From: a bacterium
GTDB taxonomy: Bacteria; Zhuqueibacterota; Zhuqueibacteria; Residuimicrobiales; Krinioviventaceae
DNA length: 64,000 nucleotides
NCBI GenBank assembly: GCA_963693055.1
Contig: OY843751.1
Coordinates: 3,776,001 to 3,840,000 of the forward strand
Direction of reading: 5' to 3'
A model generated the notes under the pieces. The model was not told the origin of the DNA and did no database searches. It saw only the letters and a program-made list of their open reading frames with translations. Below, one piece after another: positions 40,032 to 49,534 of this stretch (positions are counted from its first letter, which is position 1; each line of letters opens with the position of its first letter). The position numbers were made by a program, and so were the translations under genes.

Positions 40032-40830
40032 CAGATTCTACAGATTGCTCCACTGTATTTTTATTTTCTATCGGTTCAGAACCATTGACATCTTTACCAT
40101 TATCGGCCCCTTCATTTTGCTCCTGTTGGGGAGCAGAATCATCTGCGGGCTTTTCAGTATTTTCTACAGATGCATCAGCGGCCGATTCAGAAGATACATC
40201 TTTATTCTGCTCATTTTCATTTTTACTATTTTCAGCATTCTCTTCCTGCGCTTCTTCTTCAAACACTTCTTCGGGCAGGTCATTGAGCAGCTTGCCACCT
40301 TCACCTTCAGCTAGCAATTCTTCAATTTCTTTAGGACGCGGCAGATCAGCAATATCATTTAAATTAAAATACTGCAAAAACTCTTTAGTTGTTGAAAACA
40401 ACAAAGCACGGCCTTGTTCCTTGTCCCGGCCGGTGATGGTTATCAACTGACGTTCCAGTAAATTTTTAATAACACCATCAGAGTTTACACCACGAATAGC
40501 AGATACTTCGATACGGCTAATGGGTTGTTTAAACGCAATAATAGATAATGTTTCAAGCGAAGCCCGACTTAGACGATTACGTGCTTTGCTTTCATGCATG
40601 TGACTAATCCACTTGGAAAACTCGGGCTTTGTTGCAAATTGATAACCACCACCTACTTTATTTAAAAAGAAAGCACGATTATCGAGATCCTCTTCAAGCA
40701 AAGCAATTGCCTGCTCTATCTCTTCCTTGTCTGCTTCTTGAACAATAGTGGAAATCTGTCGCACAGACAATGGAGAGTCCGAAGCAAAGATCAGTGACTC
40801 TACAATATATACGAGTTGTTTAATATCCAT
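40015..40830 (-). CDS. scpB: SMC-Scp complex subunit ScpB
   Basis: ESLIFAS, LSRASLETLSIIAFKQPISR.EVSAIRGV; acidic tail. Confidence 0.96.
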   Translation of the reverse strand: MDIKQLVYIVESLIFASDSPLSVRQISTIVQEADKEEIEQAIALLEEDLDNRAFFLNKVGGGYQFATKPEFSKWISHMHESKARNRLSRASLETLSIIAFKQPISRIEVSAIRGVNSDGVIKNLLERQLITITGRDKEQGRALLFSTTKEFLQYFNLNDIADLPRPKEIEELLAEGEGGKLLNDLPEEVFEEEAQEENAENSKNENEQNKDVSSESAADASVENTEKPADDSAPQQEQNEGADNGKDVNGSEPIENKNTVEQSVESDDASK

Positions 40831-41545
40831 TTATCAATTTCAAATTTATTTCACCAAATGTTTCCGATTGAATTGCGTCTATAACATTTTTCTTGATCAA
40901 AACAAGAATCGCCATAAAAGTAACGATCAATACCAGCTTATCATCAGTAGGATCAAAAAGATCAGAGAACTGTGATTCGCCATGGGTTTCTAAAAACGAG
41001 GTTACAAAATCTAATTTTTCATCCAGGCTCACATTGATCTCAACTACCCGGTGTATTGCAACCTTTTTATTTTTTTCTATAATGGTTTTAAATGCGGATA
41101 CCAGATCAAACAAAGATACATCGGGATGTTCAACCAGCTCATCCTGAAAACCATCAGATTCAATTTTAAAACTGCCACGAGAAAACAGTTTTCTGGCATA
41201 TTCTTCTTTATCAGCCAGATCAACCGCAACATCTTTGAAACGTTTGTACTCGAGCAGCCGGTAAACCAACTCCTGCCGCGGATCATCAACAATCTCTTCT
41301 TCCAGTTCAATGGAAGGCTTGGGCAGCAACATTTGTGCTTTAATCTGGATTAATGTAGATGCAAGCAGCACAAAATCACTGGCCGCTTCCAAATCAAGCA
41401 TTTGTATAATTTCTAAATATTCCAAATATTGATGTGTAATGATAGATATTGGAATATCATATATATCGAGCTCATTTTTTTTTATCAGAAACAGTAAAAG
41501 GTCTAATGGTCCTTCAAATGTATCTAATTTCACTTTATAAGACAT
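40820..41545 (-). CDS. scpA: Segregation and condensation protein A
   Basis: FEGPLDLLLFLI, IKAQMLLP, LLEYKRFK. Confidence 0.96.
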   Translation of the reverse strand: MSYKVKLDTFEGPLDLLLFLIKKNELDIYDIPISIITHQYLEYLEIIQMLDLEAASDFVLLASTLIQIKAQMLLPKPSIELEEEIVDDPRQELVYRLLEYKRFKDVAVDLADKEEYARKLFSRGSFKIESDGFQDELVEHPDVSLFDLVSAFKTIIEKNKKVAIHRVVEINVSLDEKLDFVTSFLETHGESQFSDLFDPTDDKLVLIVTFMAILVLIKKNVIDAIQSETFGEINLKLINGY

Positions 41546-41578
41546 AGAGTGCCAAATCAATTAACTAAACACAACAAA

Positions 41579-41596
41579 GGCCGTAAACATACGGCC
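41579..41596 (-). terminator. Hairpin after the HNH gene
   Basis: GGCCGTA-AACA-TACGGCC. Confidence 0.5.
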
Positions 41597-41624
41597 AAAT
41601 TTCTCTACAATAAAAGCATATCTG

Positions 41625-42137
41625 TTAATTCATAAACAGATACGGCTTCCAGCACTCTTCCTGTATTCCTATAAAGTGCTGTATAAAAAACAAATAACTG
41701 GGACGTTTTGGTTTTTTGAGCAAAACCATATTGGCATGAGCCAACGGTGTGCTGCCTTTTTTATTATTACATTGCAAGCAGGCACATACCAGGTTTTCCC
41801 AGGAATCCATACCACCACTGACTTTGGGAACAATATGGTCTAGAGTAAAGGGCCCCTTTTTCGATGCGCAATATTGACATTGAAATCCATCACGACGAAA
41901 AATATTGTGACGCGTGAGTTCAACACGTTTTTTAGGGATTCGGATATAATTTACAAGCCGAATCACACTGGGCATTGGCCAAGAGTGGTATTGCGACCTT
42001 ACCAAAAGCTCTCGTTTTTCAATGATCTCAACTTTTTGCAGGCATACCAATATTAAAGCCTTTTTGGCATTAACTACACAAACAGGCTCATAATTCTGAT
42101 TCAACAAAAGAACTTTTTTGCTCATTGTTTCCATCAT
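41625..42137 (-). CDS. HNH endonuclease (McrA-like/HNH_5)
   Basis: VLLLNQNYEP, PSVIRL, RDGFQCQYC, TLDHIVP, WENLVCAC..CNNKKG. Confidence 0.92.
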   Translation of the reverse strand: MMETMSKKVLLLNQNYEPVCVVNAKKALILVCLQKVEIIEKRELLVRSQYHSWPMPSVIRLVNYIRIPKKRVELTRHNIFRRDGFQCQYCASKKGPFTLDHIVPKVSGGMDSWENLVCACLQCNNKKGSTPLAHANMVLLKKPKRPSYLFFIQHFIGIQEECWKPYLFMN

Positions 42138-42237
42138 CTGCCTTATAGCAAAAAGCCATAAACGAAAATTTATGATAAATAATCTAAAGAGTCAAGACAA
42201 TTTATTAAAACATGGGTAATAAAGGTATGATTGCAGA

Positions 42238-43194
42238 TTATTCTTTCCAGGCCCCCATCTTGCCGAATTTTTCAACCCGCTGATCTAACAGTTCATTTAC
42301 CGGAATTTTCTCCAGCTCCGCCAGCTCTTCTTTAACAGCTGCTTTTACTATTGCCGCAACCTGATCATAATCGCCATGCGCACCGCCAACAGGCTCTTTG
42401 AGAACACGATCAATAACATTCATCTTTACCAGATCATCCGGCACAACCTTTAGTGACTCTGCCATAATATCTGCCTTTGATGAATCTTTGTACAAAATAG
42501 ACGCACAGCCTTCAGGAGAAATTACCGAATACCAGGTATTCTCTAACATGAGCACACGGTCACCCACACCTATGCCCAACGCTCCACCACTGGCACCCTC
42601 TCCAATAATAACAATAATAATGGGAACAGGTAAATGTGACATCTCAAAAAGATTCCGCGCAATAGCCTCTGCCTGACCACGCTCTTCTGCTCCCAATCCA
42701 GGATACGCTCCAATGGTATCAACAAGCGTTAAAATTGGACGATTAAACTTGGCGGCCATTTGCATTACCCGCAAAGCCTTACGATAACCTTCCGGGTGCG
42801 GCATACCAAAATTTCTGCGCAGTTTTTCTTTTGTCTCGCGGGCTTTTTGATGCCCAATAACTGCTATTGGTGTTCCATCCAGCTTGCCAATACCGGCAAC
42901 AATTGCAGGATCATCTCCATAGGCACGATCACCATGTAGCTCTATAAAATCGGTTAACATACGGTCCACATAATCCAGAGTATAAGGACGTTCCGGGTGC
43001 CGTGCCAACTGAACCCGCTGCCAGCGTGACAATTTGTTATATATATCAAGTTTTAATTTCTGTGCCTTGTTTTCAAGACGTTCAATTTCATTCTTAACTT
43101 CAAGATTCTCATTTACCGAATATTCTTTCAATTCGGCAATTTTTTGTTGAATCTCTACTATGGGACGTTCAAACTCTAATACAAATTTATTCAT
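42238..43194 (-). CDS. accA: Acetyl-CoA carboxylase carboxyltransferase alpha subunit
   Basis: ARHPERP, ELHGDR, RNFGMPHPEGYRKA, GEGASGGAL, YSVISPEGCASIL. Confidence 0.98.
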   Translation of the reverse strand: MNKFVLEFERPIVEIQQKIAELKEYSVNENLEVKNEIERLENKAQKLKLDIYNKLSRWQRVQLARHPERPYTLDYVDRMLTDFIELHGDRAYGDDPAIVAGIGKLDGTPIAVIGHQKARETKEKLRRNFGMPHPEGYRKALRVMQMAAKFNRPILTLVDTIGAYPGLGAEERGQAEAIARNLFEMSHLPVPIIIVIIGEGASGGALGIGVGDRVLMLENTWYSVISPEGCASILYKDSSKADIMAESLKVVPDDLVKMNVIDRVLKEPVGGAHGDYDQVAAIVKAAVKEELAELEKIPVNELLDQRVEKFGKMGAWKE

Positions 43195-43205
43195 AGCCCA
43201 ACCAA

Positions 43206-45281
43206 TTATGGATGTTTGCGTTGTAACAAAGATTTTAATAAAATCTGCATATCAAAAACCATTGAATAATTTTTCAAATAATAAATATTATATTTATTAC
43301 GATCTTTATCGGTTTCCGAGTGGCGATTTATTTGTTCATATCCGGTTATACCGGGTTTCAAAGACAATACTACAGGATTATCCAAATCCGTTTTTCCAGC
43401 TTGAATATCACGCCCTACAAAGCTGATTGTTCCATTTAAAATAGAGCTTAGCCGGGGTAAATATTTCAATAAAATCTTTTTTTCATCATTAAAATGATAC
43501 AATGTATATTCACGATTTGCGGAATAGTAATGGGTTTCCGCAGTTAAACTTTTTCTATTTATCCAGCGCAGCCACGCATACAGTGGCGCGGTAATAATCA
43601 TGAGCAGCAATGCCAAAGTAAAATCAAAAACGCGTTTAACACCGCGATAAAAGTTAATGTGGAGCTTGTAGTCGATATCCACAAACGGTAAATCATCAAT
43701 ATAATCAATAGATGCTTTGCCTATGATCACATCCAGATTACTGGGGACCATTTTAAAACTTACGCCTCCGTTAGAGCCGGCGATTACTGAGAGCATCTTG
43801 TTATAATCGATACGATCAGTAGCAAAAATCACTTCCTGCACTTTTTCCCGACGAATGATCTCATTTATGTGCTGAAACGTTCCCAAAACGGGTAGTCCAG
43901 CAACCTCTTCATACTCCATCTGATTTGTGGTTAAAATTATACCGGTAATATGGTATGAATCCTGAAGATTGGCCTGTATACGATCAACCAGTGCCTTACT
44001 TGCCTGGGCATCTCCCACAATCACAGAACGACGATGCCAGATGGAATCTCCAATCTTGTTCATGACAGAACCAAAAGAACGTCTGGCAAACCACTTTAAC
44101 AGCACCCGCCATCCTGGTAAAAAGACCAGATTCAAGCCACCGGCAACCAGTACAACAAAACGGGAGAATCCCCACTGGTTCAGAAAAAAAGTAAGCGCGC
44201 TGTTTACAACCCATCCCAACAGAACAGCGGACGTACACTTGGAACCTGAATACTTGTATCGGAAATACACACCATGAGCGGTCATGCTGAATATCCAAAC
44301 CACAGTATATAACAAATGTACTTTGAGAAAAGGCAGCCAGGGAAATTCGGGATAAAAGCGAAACAGGATAGCCAGAGAAAGTGACAGGGTCAGGAAAAGG
44401 AAATCAATGCCGGGTAAGATCATATAGCGTATTAACGCACTGAAAAATGCGAGCATGGCCCGTGCTTTAATTGCAGAATTAAGGAACCATGATGGTAAAA
44501 TTGCGTTACTTCCAGAGAAATGCTTGTTAACAAATAAATTCATTGCCTCATAAAACAACTTGCGCTGTGCCAAAGGACTCTTTTTAGAGCTTTCTCCTTT
44601 AAAATGGATGATCTGGGTATCGGGAACATAGTAAATTTTGTATCCTCCCTGACGGATACGATAACACCAGTCCAAATCCTCTCCATACATGAAAAAGTCT
44701 TCATCAAAACCGCCTACCTTGTCAACGGTCTCTTTGCGTACCAGCATAAAAGAACCGGAGATGGCCTCTACCTCGTAAAATTTTTCAGGATCAAGATAGG
44801 TTAAATTGTAACGGCCGAACAACCGGCTTTGAGGGAACAGGTTTGCCAGCCCTGAAATCTTGGTAAAGGCTACCCACGGTGTGGGAAAGCTGCGTCTGCA
44901 GGCAAGTTGCAACGTACCATCAGGATTCAGGATCTTGCAGGTCAGCGCACCTGCATCCGGATATGTGTCAAAGAACGATAACAATGTTGTAAAGGTATCT
45001 TCCTGTACAATGGTATCGGGATTAATGACGCAAAGATAATCGCCCTTACTCTGTTGTATCGCCTGGTTATTGGCTTTACCAAAGCCAAAATTTTCAGTAT
45101 TGGCAATCAGCTTGACATCTGGAAACCGTTTTTCAACCAATTCAACCGTACCGTCAGAAGACGCATTATCAACAACGAAAATTTCGTGTTCAATATTTCG
45201 CAAAGCTTTTTTTAGAGAAGTAATTGCCTGCCCTAAAAAATCGCGTACATTGTAGCTGACTATAATAACTGAAAGTGTCAA
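43206..45281 (-). CDS. GT2 glycosyltransferase fused to TM, Rossmann-like and degenerate bacterial sugar transferase domains
   Basis: SVIIVSYN, VVDNASSDGT, GFDEDFFMYGEDLD; C-terminal KRVFDF, KPGITG, YLKNYS. Confidence 0.9.
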   Translation of the reverse strand: MTLSVIIVSYNVRDFLGQAITSLKKALRNIEHEIFVVDNASSDGTVELVEKRFPDVKLIANTENFGFGKANNQAIQQSKGDYLCVINPDTIVQEDTFTTLLSFFDTYPDAGALTCKILNPDGTLQLACRRSFPTPWVAFTKISGLANLFPQSRLFGRYNLTYLDPEKFYEVEAISGSFMLVRKETVDKVGGFDEDFFMYGEDLDWCYRIRQGGYKIYYVPDTQIIHFKGESSKKSPLAQRKLFYEAMNLFVNKHFSGSNAILPSWFLNSAIKARAMLAFFSALIRYMILPGIDFLFLTLSLSLAILFRFYPEFPWLPFLKVHLLYTVVWIFSMTAHGVYFRYKYSGSKCTSAVLLGWVVNSALTFFLNQWGFSRFVVLVAGGLNLVFLPGWRVLLKWFARRSFGSVMNKIGDSIWHRRSVIVGDAQASKALVDRIQANLQDSYHITGIILTTNQMEYEEVAGLPVLGTFQHINEIIRREKVQEVIFATDRIDYNKMLSVIAGSNGGVSFKMVPSNLDVIIGKASIDYIDDLPFVDIDYKLHINFYRGVKRVFDFTLALLLMIITAPLYAWLRWINRKSLTAETHYYSANREYTLYHFNDEKKILLKYLPRLSSILNGTISFVGRDIQAGKTDLDNPVVLSLKPGITGYEQINRHSETDKDRNKYNIYYLKNYSMVFDMQILLKSLLQRKHP

Positions 45282-45456
45282 ATCAGTCCTGTCGGGTTTC
45301 CGTTTAAATCACAGTGTCAAACTTATTAAAAATAAAAAACAATACCAAACAATTTCTGAATGATTTTCATTTTTTGCATTCACTAATTTAGCATATATTG
45401 AGGTAAAATACAACCGTGGAATTGTAAAATTACAGTAAAGGGAAAAAGTGATAAAT

Positions 45457-45577
45457 ATAAAATCCAGATCTGTAATATAAAAAGGATTTGTATGTTTGCA
45501 CCATTTTCTTCTCGTTCCGGGGCTTTGACATGGTACGATCTTTTAATTCATGATCCCAAGGCTTTGCCTTGGGATCA
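45457..45577. repeat. Degenerate REP/REPIN-like element, left copy (module order A-B)
   Basis: A=ATAAAATCCAGATCTGTAATATAAAAAGGATTTG...CCATTTT (45457-45507); B=TTCTCGTTCC...TGATCCCAAGGC-TTT-GCCTTGGGATCA (45509-45577). Confidence 0.75.
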
Positions 45578-45593
45578 ATCATAAGAACATCTC

Positions 45594-48500
45594 TTATTTT
45601 AAATACAATGCTTTCTGAATCTGCTGAAACCCTTCCGTATCCATCTTTATGAAATAAGTTCCAGACGGATGGTCTTGCGCGTTCCACTGAATTTCATAAA
45701 CACCGGGATTACTTGAACCATTATAGAGCGTCTCAATCAATTGTCCATTTATATTATAGATAGAGATTGTGACATCTGCAACTCTCGGTACAGAATACCG
45801 GAAGCGGGTCTGCGGATTAAAGGGATTGGGATAATTTTGACTCAATTCAAATGATACAGGCACCAGATCATCCAGGATACGGGTAGCAGCAAAAGAGGTT
45901 CTGAATGCAAAGGGACGCTCACATAGCGTTCTTGCTCCTTCACTATCAATCGCTTCAACCTGCCAATAATAAAGAGAGTCTGCTATCAATCCGTCTTTGA
46001 CAGTATAAAACGTATCAACAAGCGTTTCATTTAAAACAATATTGGTAAAATCAAGATCATCTGAAAAAGATATTTTATAAATAACCGAATCTCCGTCAGC
46101 ATCGTTTGCGCGCTGCCAGTTAAATTGATAATTGAGGGTATCTAGCTGAATGTTATTAGCAGGATCCAACAAACTAAAGGAACCGGGTGCATGGTTAACA
46201 TCTGGCTCTAACGCAATATTGTGAACCAACACTTCATCTATTGTTCCCGGGAAAAAACTGCTGTAATACGCATTCGAGCCACCAATCACGACAGGACTTG
46301 AATTGGTAGAGAGCAAGCGATTTTCCCTGTAACTTGAATCCAGTTGGTTATTAATATAAATTTTCACATTATCATCATCAGCATCATAATCGTATGTAAC
46401 CATTATTTCATACCATTCCCCACTTACCCAGTATGATTGTTTGCTCTCAAAAATAGCAACACTGTTGTTTCCATATTGAATCATAAACCGCAAGCGTCCG
46501 TTCTCCCGGTTAAATCGTAATACATAGCCGCTCGTATTATCCGTTTTGGACAAGAGATCATAAAAGCTATAGCTACCTGTGGGTAAAATATCAGCCCGCA
46601 TTTTTACGGCCATTTTCAAAGTTAAACCTGTATTTAAACTCAACTCTGAACCGGCAAAGTCAGGTACAGAGACATAATCATTAGAACCATCAAACTTTAT
46701 TGCACTTCCCAGGTATCCATACTGTGTCCACCCACTAGTAGAGGTGGCGTCTTGCCAATCAAGATTATCAAACCTCATCAGTTGACCGTTGAATCTCGTA
46801 TCTCCCTGAAAATTCACAGCAACATCTCCACTGATTTCTTCAAATGGAAAATACAAGATAGCATTCACAAAATCCGGAGTTTCGATTTTAACAACATTAG
46901 ACAATGGCGAATATTGATCCACCTCATCTCTGACCTTGAGCGCAAAATAATAAATACTATTCGGTTGCAGGTCTGTAATTCGAACACTTTGCAATGTCCC
47001 TGGAGTAAGCGGGACAGGTAATGAATCTTTAACAGCTACGGCAGAGCTCCAATTTGCTTCGGTTATACTTTCTTTGAGATATCTGATTTCATATTCTTCG
47101 GCCACACCCTGGTCATCATTATCACCGGATGCGGTCCAGGTAAATGTAGCAAAAGTTGAAGCCGTGTTAACCGCCTCAAAATCATCCACAGCACCGGGAG
47201 CAACATTATCCGTCACGTTTAATGTTAATGGTACCACGATCTCAGAATTTTCCAAATCATTACTTGTAACGCTCAAATACCCTGTATGCTCGCCAGCATC
47301 TACTCGGGTAGCATCAATTGTCATGTTAACCTGATCCACCTGATTATTTTCAACCAGACCACCATTTGATTCAAGTGAACACCAGTATAATGACCCAAAG
47401 GCCGCATAATGAATTGCATTATATACAAACTGCATATCCTCAACATCAACATTTCCCGAATATGAATTAATTTCGGGTAAACTGGAATGGTAAACACGAT
47501 TTTGTTTAGTAATGACTGCGGTTCTCTTGTCAGTAGAAATAGCAAGCAATTCTCCATCAACAATAGCCGTTTCCCAATTTGTATCGGGATAGGGAGACAC
47601 CGTAGAGCCTGAATATGAAACAGCAAAGGGGGATTGTATATCTTTCCACAGCAGGTGAGAAGGATCACTGATATAAACCGGCCTTGGATTCGTGTTGCCC
47701 CAAATATACCCCAAAGAGGGATCAAGCCCTACAAGTGGAGCCAGGTACTGCACCTGGTATCGGGTAGCAGTCTCGTAATAATTATTAAATGTTGCTGCTG
47801 ATATATATAATCCATGGCCATTTTCAACATATTTAACAATTGCCTTGCATTCATTTTCAGTTAAAGTACCTCCATTACTCATATTAACAGAGACAATTAA
47901 AACATCTGCATCGAGTTGTTCCAAATCGGCAAAAGTAAATGCATTCCTCAAACTATTGTAATCTATGATGATTTCTTTGTCACCATAATTATTCCAGTTT
48001 TGATTTAAATGGTCCCAGCAACGGATTACATCAGAAAAATTTGTTCCACCACCTCTTACCACAGCAACACGAATGAGGTTATTATCATTTATTTCATTAT
48101 TATTAAAATCAAACACCTCTGGTTCTACAGGAGATAATTTTGATGGACTCTGGTTCAAAAGTGTTCCTGTCAATGTATTTCGCGCATCCAATTCGTATGC
48201 TGCATAGTTGTAATTTGCCTGTAAAATTTCTGATACAGAAAGATATGTAGGATATTGCCTTTCCACGTGTCCATTTATCCCGTTTTCGGAAGGAATTTGA
48301 GCTGAGAGTTTTAGACTGTAATCTAACATACCCGGACCGCTGTTGGTAATAGATATGGTTTCGGTTTTACTTGCCCCTTCGACCAAATCTACAGTCAATT
48401 CCTGGGGTTTGACTGAAATTGAGGGTCCCAGAACCGTTACCGTTGAGGGTATTACAAATTCCGGGGTATCAGGATCATTACTTCTCACAACAAGATCTGC

Positions 48501-49151
48501 TTTATGTTCCTGTATAGCCAAAGACGTTGCATCAAAAGTCACCTGGATAGTGTCGGATTGGCTGGCCGGCAATTCGCCTATCACTTTTGAAAAAGACATC
48601 CAGTCAGATGTACCGTTTGTTACCAAACGTACGGTATGTTTATTCATATAACCGGATCCCACACTTGAACTATTAATAATATAAATTATCAAAAATTCAT
48701 CTGCAGTATATCTTGCCATATCTTCTTTACTAATCGTTATTCTGTTTACAATATCAACACCGTCACCAGAATTGGGTTCCGGCAACTGTCCCCATAGTTC
48801 TCCATCCAGATATAACGTAGCAAATTCAGAGCTGCTGCCATAATCGCCATTAATGGTAATAATCAAAGTTGCCTCAACGTTAACAACTCCTAAATGAAAA
48901 TAATGAATAGTAGAATCTTGAGAAGCATTAAAGGTTTGAAAGCTTGTAGAATCATACCCCACAGGTAACTGCCATTCCAAATCAGCATCACCTTTGTTTT
49001 GAATAATCATGGACTTTTCCAATTCCTGGCCAAATGATATTTCTTCAACAAATTCCTTTGGCGTCACATCAATATCAGGTTCCTGACCAAACAATACATT
49101 TCCGGAAAACATTATTATTCCAACGAATATCAATAGGATGCGGTTTTTCAT
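45594..49151 (-). CDS. Large secreted multidomain protein (Ig-like, FN3, LamG/ConA-like, FlgD/T9SS-type C-terminus)
   Basis: Signal peptide; two Ig-like modules; FN3 (TWTASGD, LQPNSIYYFALK); LamG (FDGSNDYV, FFPGTIDEV); QNYPNPFNP. Confidence 0.88.
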   Translation of the reverse strand: MKNRILLIFVGIIMFSGNVLFGQEPDIDVTPKEFVEEISFGQELEKSMIIQNKGDADLEWQLPVGYDSTSFQTFNASQDSTIHYFHLGVVNVEATLIITINGDYGSSSEFATLYLDGELWGQLPEPNSGDGVDIVNRITISKEDMARYTADEFLIIYIINSSSVGSGYMNKHTVRLVTNGTSDWMSFSKVIGELPASQSDTIQVTFDATSLAIQEHKADLVVRSNDPDTPEFVIPSTVTVLGPSISVKPQELTVDLVEGASKTETISITNSGPGMLDYSLKLSAQIPSENGINGHVERQYPTYLSVSEILQANYNYAAYELDARNTLTGTLLNQSPSKLSPVEPEVFDFNNNEINDNNLIRVAVVRGGGTNFSDVIRCWDHLNQNWNNYGDKEIIIDYNSLRNAFTFADLEQLDADVLIVSVNMSNGGTLTENECKAIVKYVENGHGLYISAATFNNYYETATRYQVQYLAPLVGLDPSLGYIWGNTNPRPVYISDPSHLLWKDIQSPFAVSYSGSTVSPYPDTNWETAIVDGELLAISTDKRTAVITKQNRVYHSSLPEINSYSGNVDVEDMQFVYNAIHYAAFGSLYWCSLESNGGLVENNQVDQVNMTIDATRVDAGEHTGYLSVTSNDLENSEIVVPLTLNVTDNVAPGAVDDFEAVNTASTFATFTWTASGDNDDQGVAEEYEIRYLKESITEANWSSAVAVKDSLPVPLTPGTLQSVRITDLQPNSIYYFALKVRDEVDQYSPLSNVVKIETPDFVNAILYFPFEEISGDVAVNFQGDTRFNGQLMRFDNLDWQDATSTSGWTQYGYLGSAIKFDGSNDYVSVPDFAGSELSLNTGLTLKMAVKMRADILPTGSYSFYDLLSKTDNTSGYVLRFNRENGRLRFMIQYGNNSVAIFESKQSYWVSGEWYEIMVTYDYDADDDNVKIYINNQLDSSYRENRLLSTNSSPVVIGGSNAYYSSFFPGTIDEVLVHNIALEPDVNHAPGSFSLLDPANNIQLDTLNYQFNWQRANDADGDSVIYKISFSDDLDFTNIVLNETLVDTFYTVKDGLIADSLYYWQVEAIDSEGARTLCERPFAFRTSFAATRILDDLVPVSFELSQNYPNPFNPQTRFRYSVPRVADVTISIYNINGQLIETLYNGSSNPGVYEIQWNAQDHPSGTYFIKMDTEGFQQIQKALYLK

Positions 49152-49365
49152 ACTCCCTCCTTTTCAGTTAAACCACTAGATATTATAAACTGCATCTTTT
49201 TAAAAATGGATTTAAAAATCAGGTATCCCCTTTTTTCCACCCATAGAATAAAGTTACAAAATCCTGACTCATAATGCAAGATTTATAAAAATCCCTATTT
49301 TTCAGATTTTGATAAAAAGATAGATGGAGATTCCCCCCCCTTAAAATGCGTATCCTCTATCTTTT

Positions 49366-49487
49366 TTCTCGTTCGCGAACTCTGACCTGGAACGATCTTT
49401 TAATTGTCGGCCCCAAGGCAGAGCCTTGGAACCAGAATAAAATCCAAACCTGTAATACAAAAATGATTTGCATATATGAGCCATTTT
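49366..49487. repeat. Degenerate REP/REPIN-like element, right copy (module order B-A)
   Basis: B'=TTCTCGTTCG...GATCTTTTAATT...CCAAGGC-AGA-GCCTTGG (49366-49435); A'=ATAAAATCCAAACCTGTAATACAAAAATGATTTG...CCATTTT (49437-49487). Confidence 0.75.
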
Positions 49488-49534
49488 TAATATTATTAGC
49501 TTTCCCCTATTACATATTTCAGGACCAGACTATC

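Noticed and set aside
41625-42137. HNH gene as a mobile or defence element
   Set aside because: It belongs to a widespread stand-alone HNH type embedded in a housekeeping block, with no compositional anomaly.
45430-45687. 85-aa ORF, and the N-terminal extension of the R-M ORF (49346-49534)
   Set aside because: Both are translations of the REP-like repeat; the similarity is at DNA and hairpin level.
49333-49340. C8 tract as a phase-variation switch for the R-M gene
   Set aside because: Short, about 200 bp upstream of the likely start and not within a recognisable promoter or coding frame.
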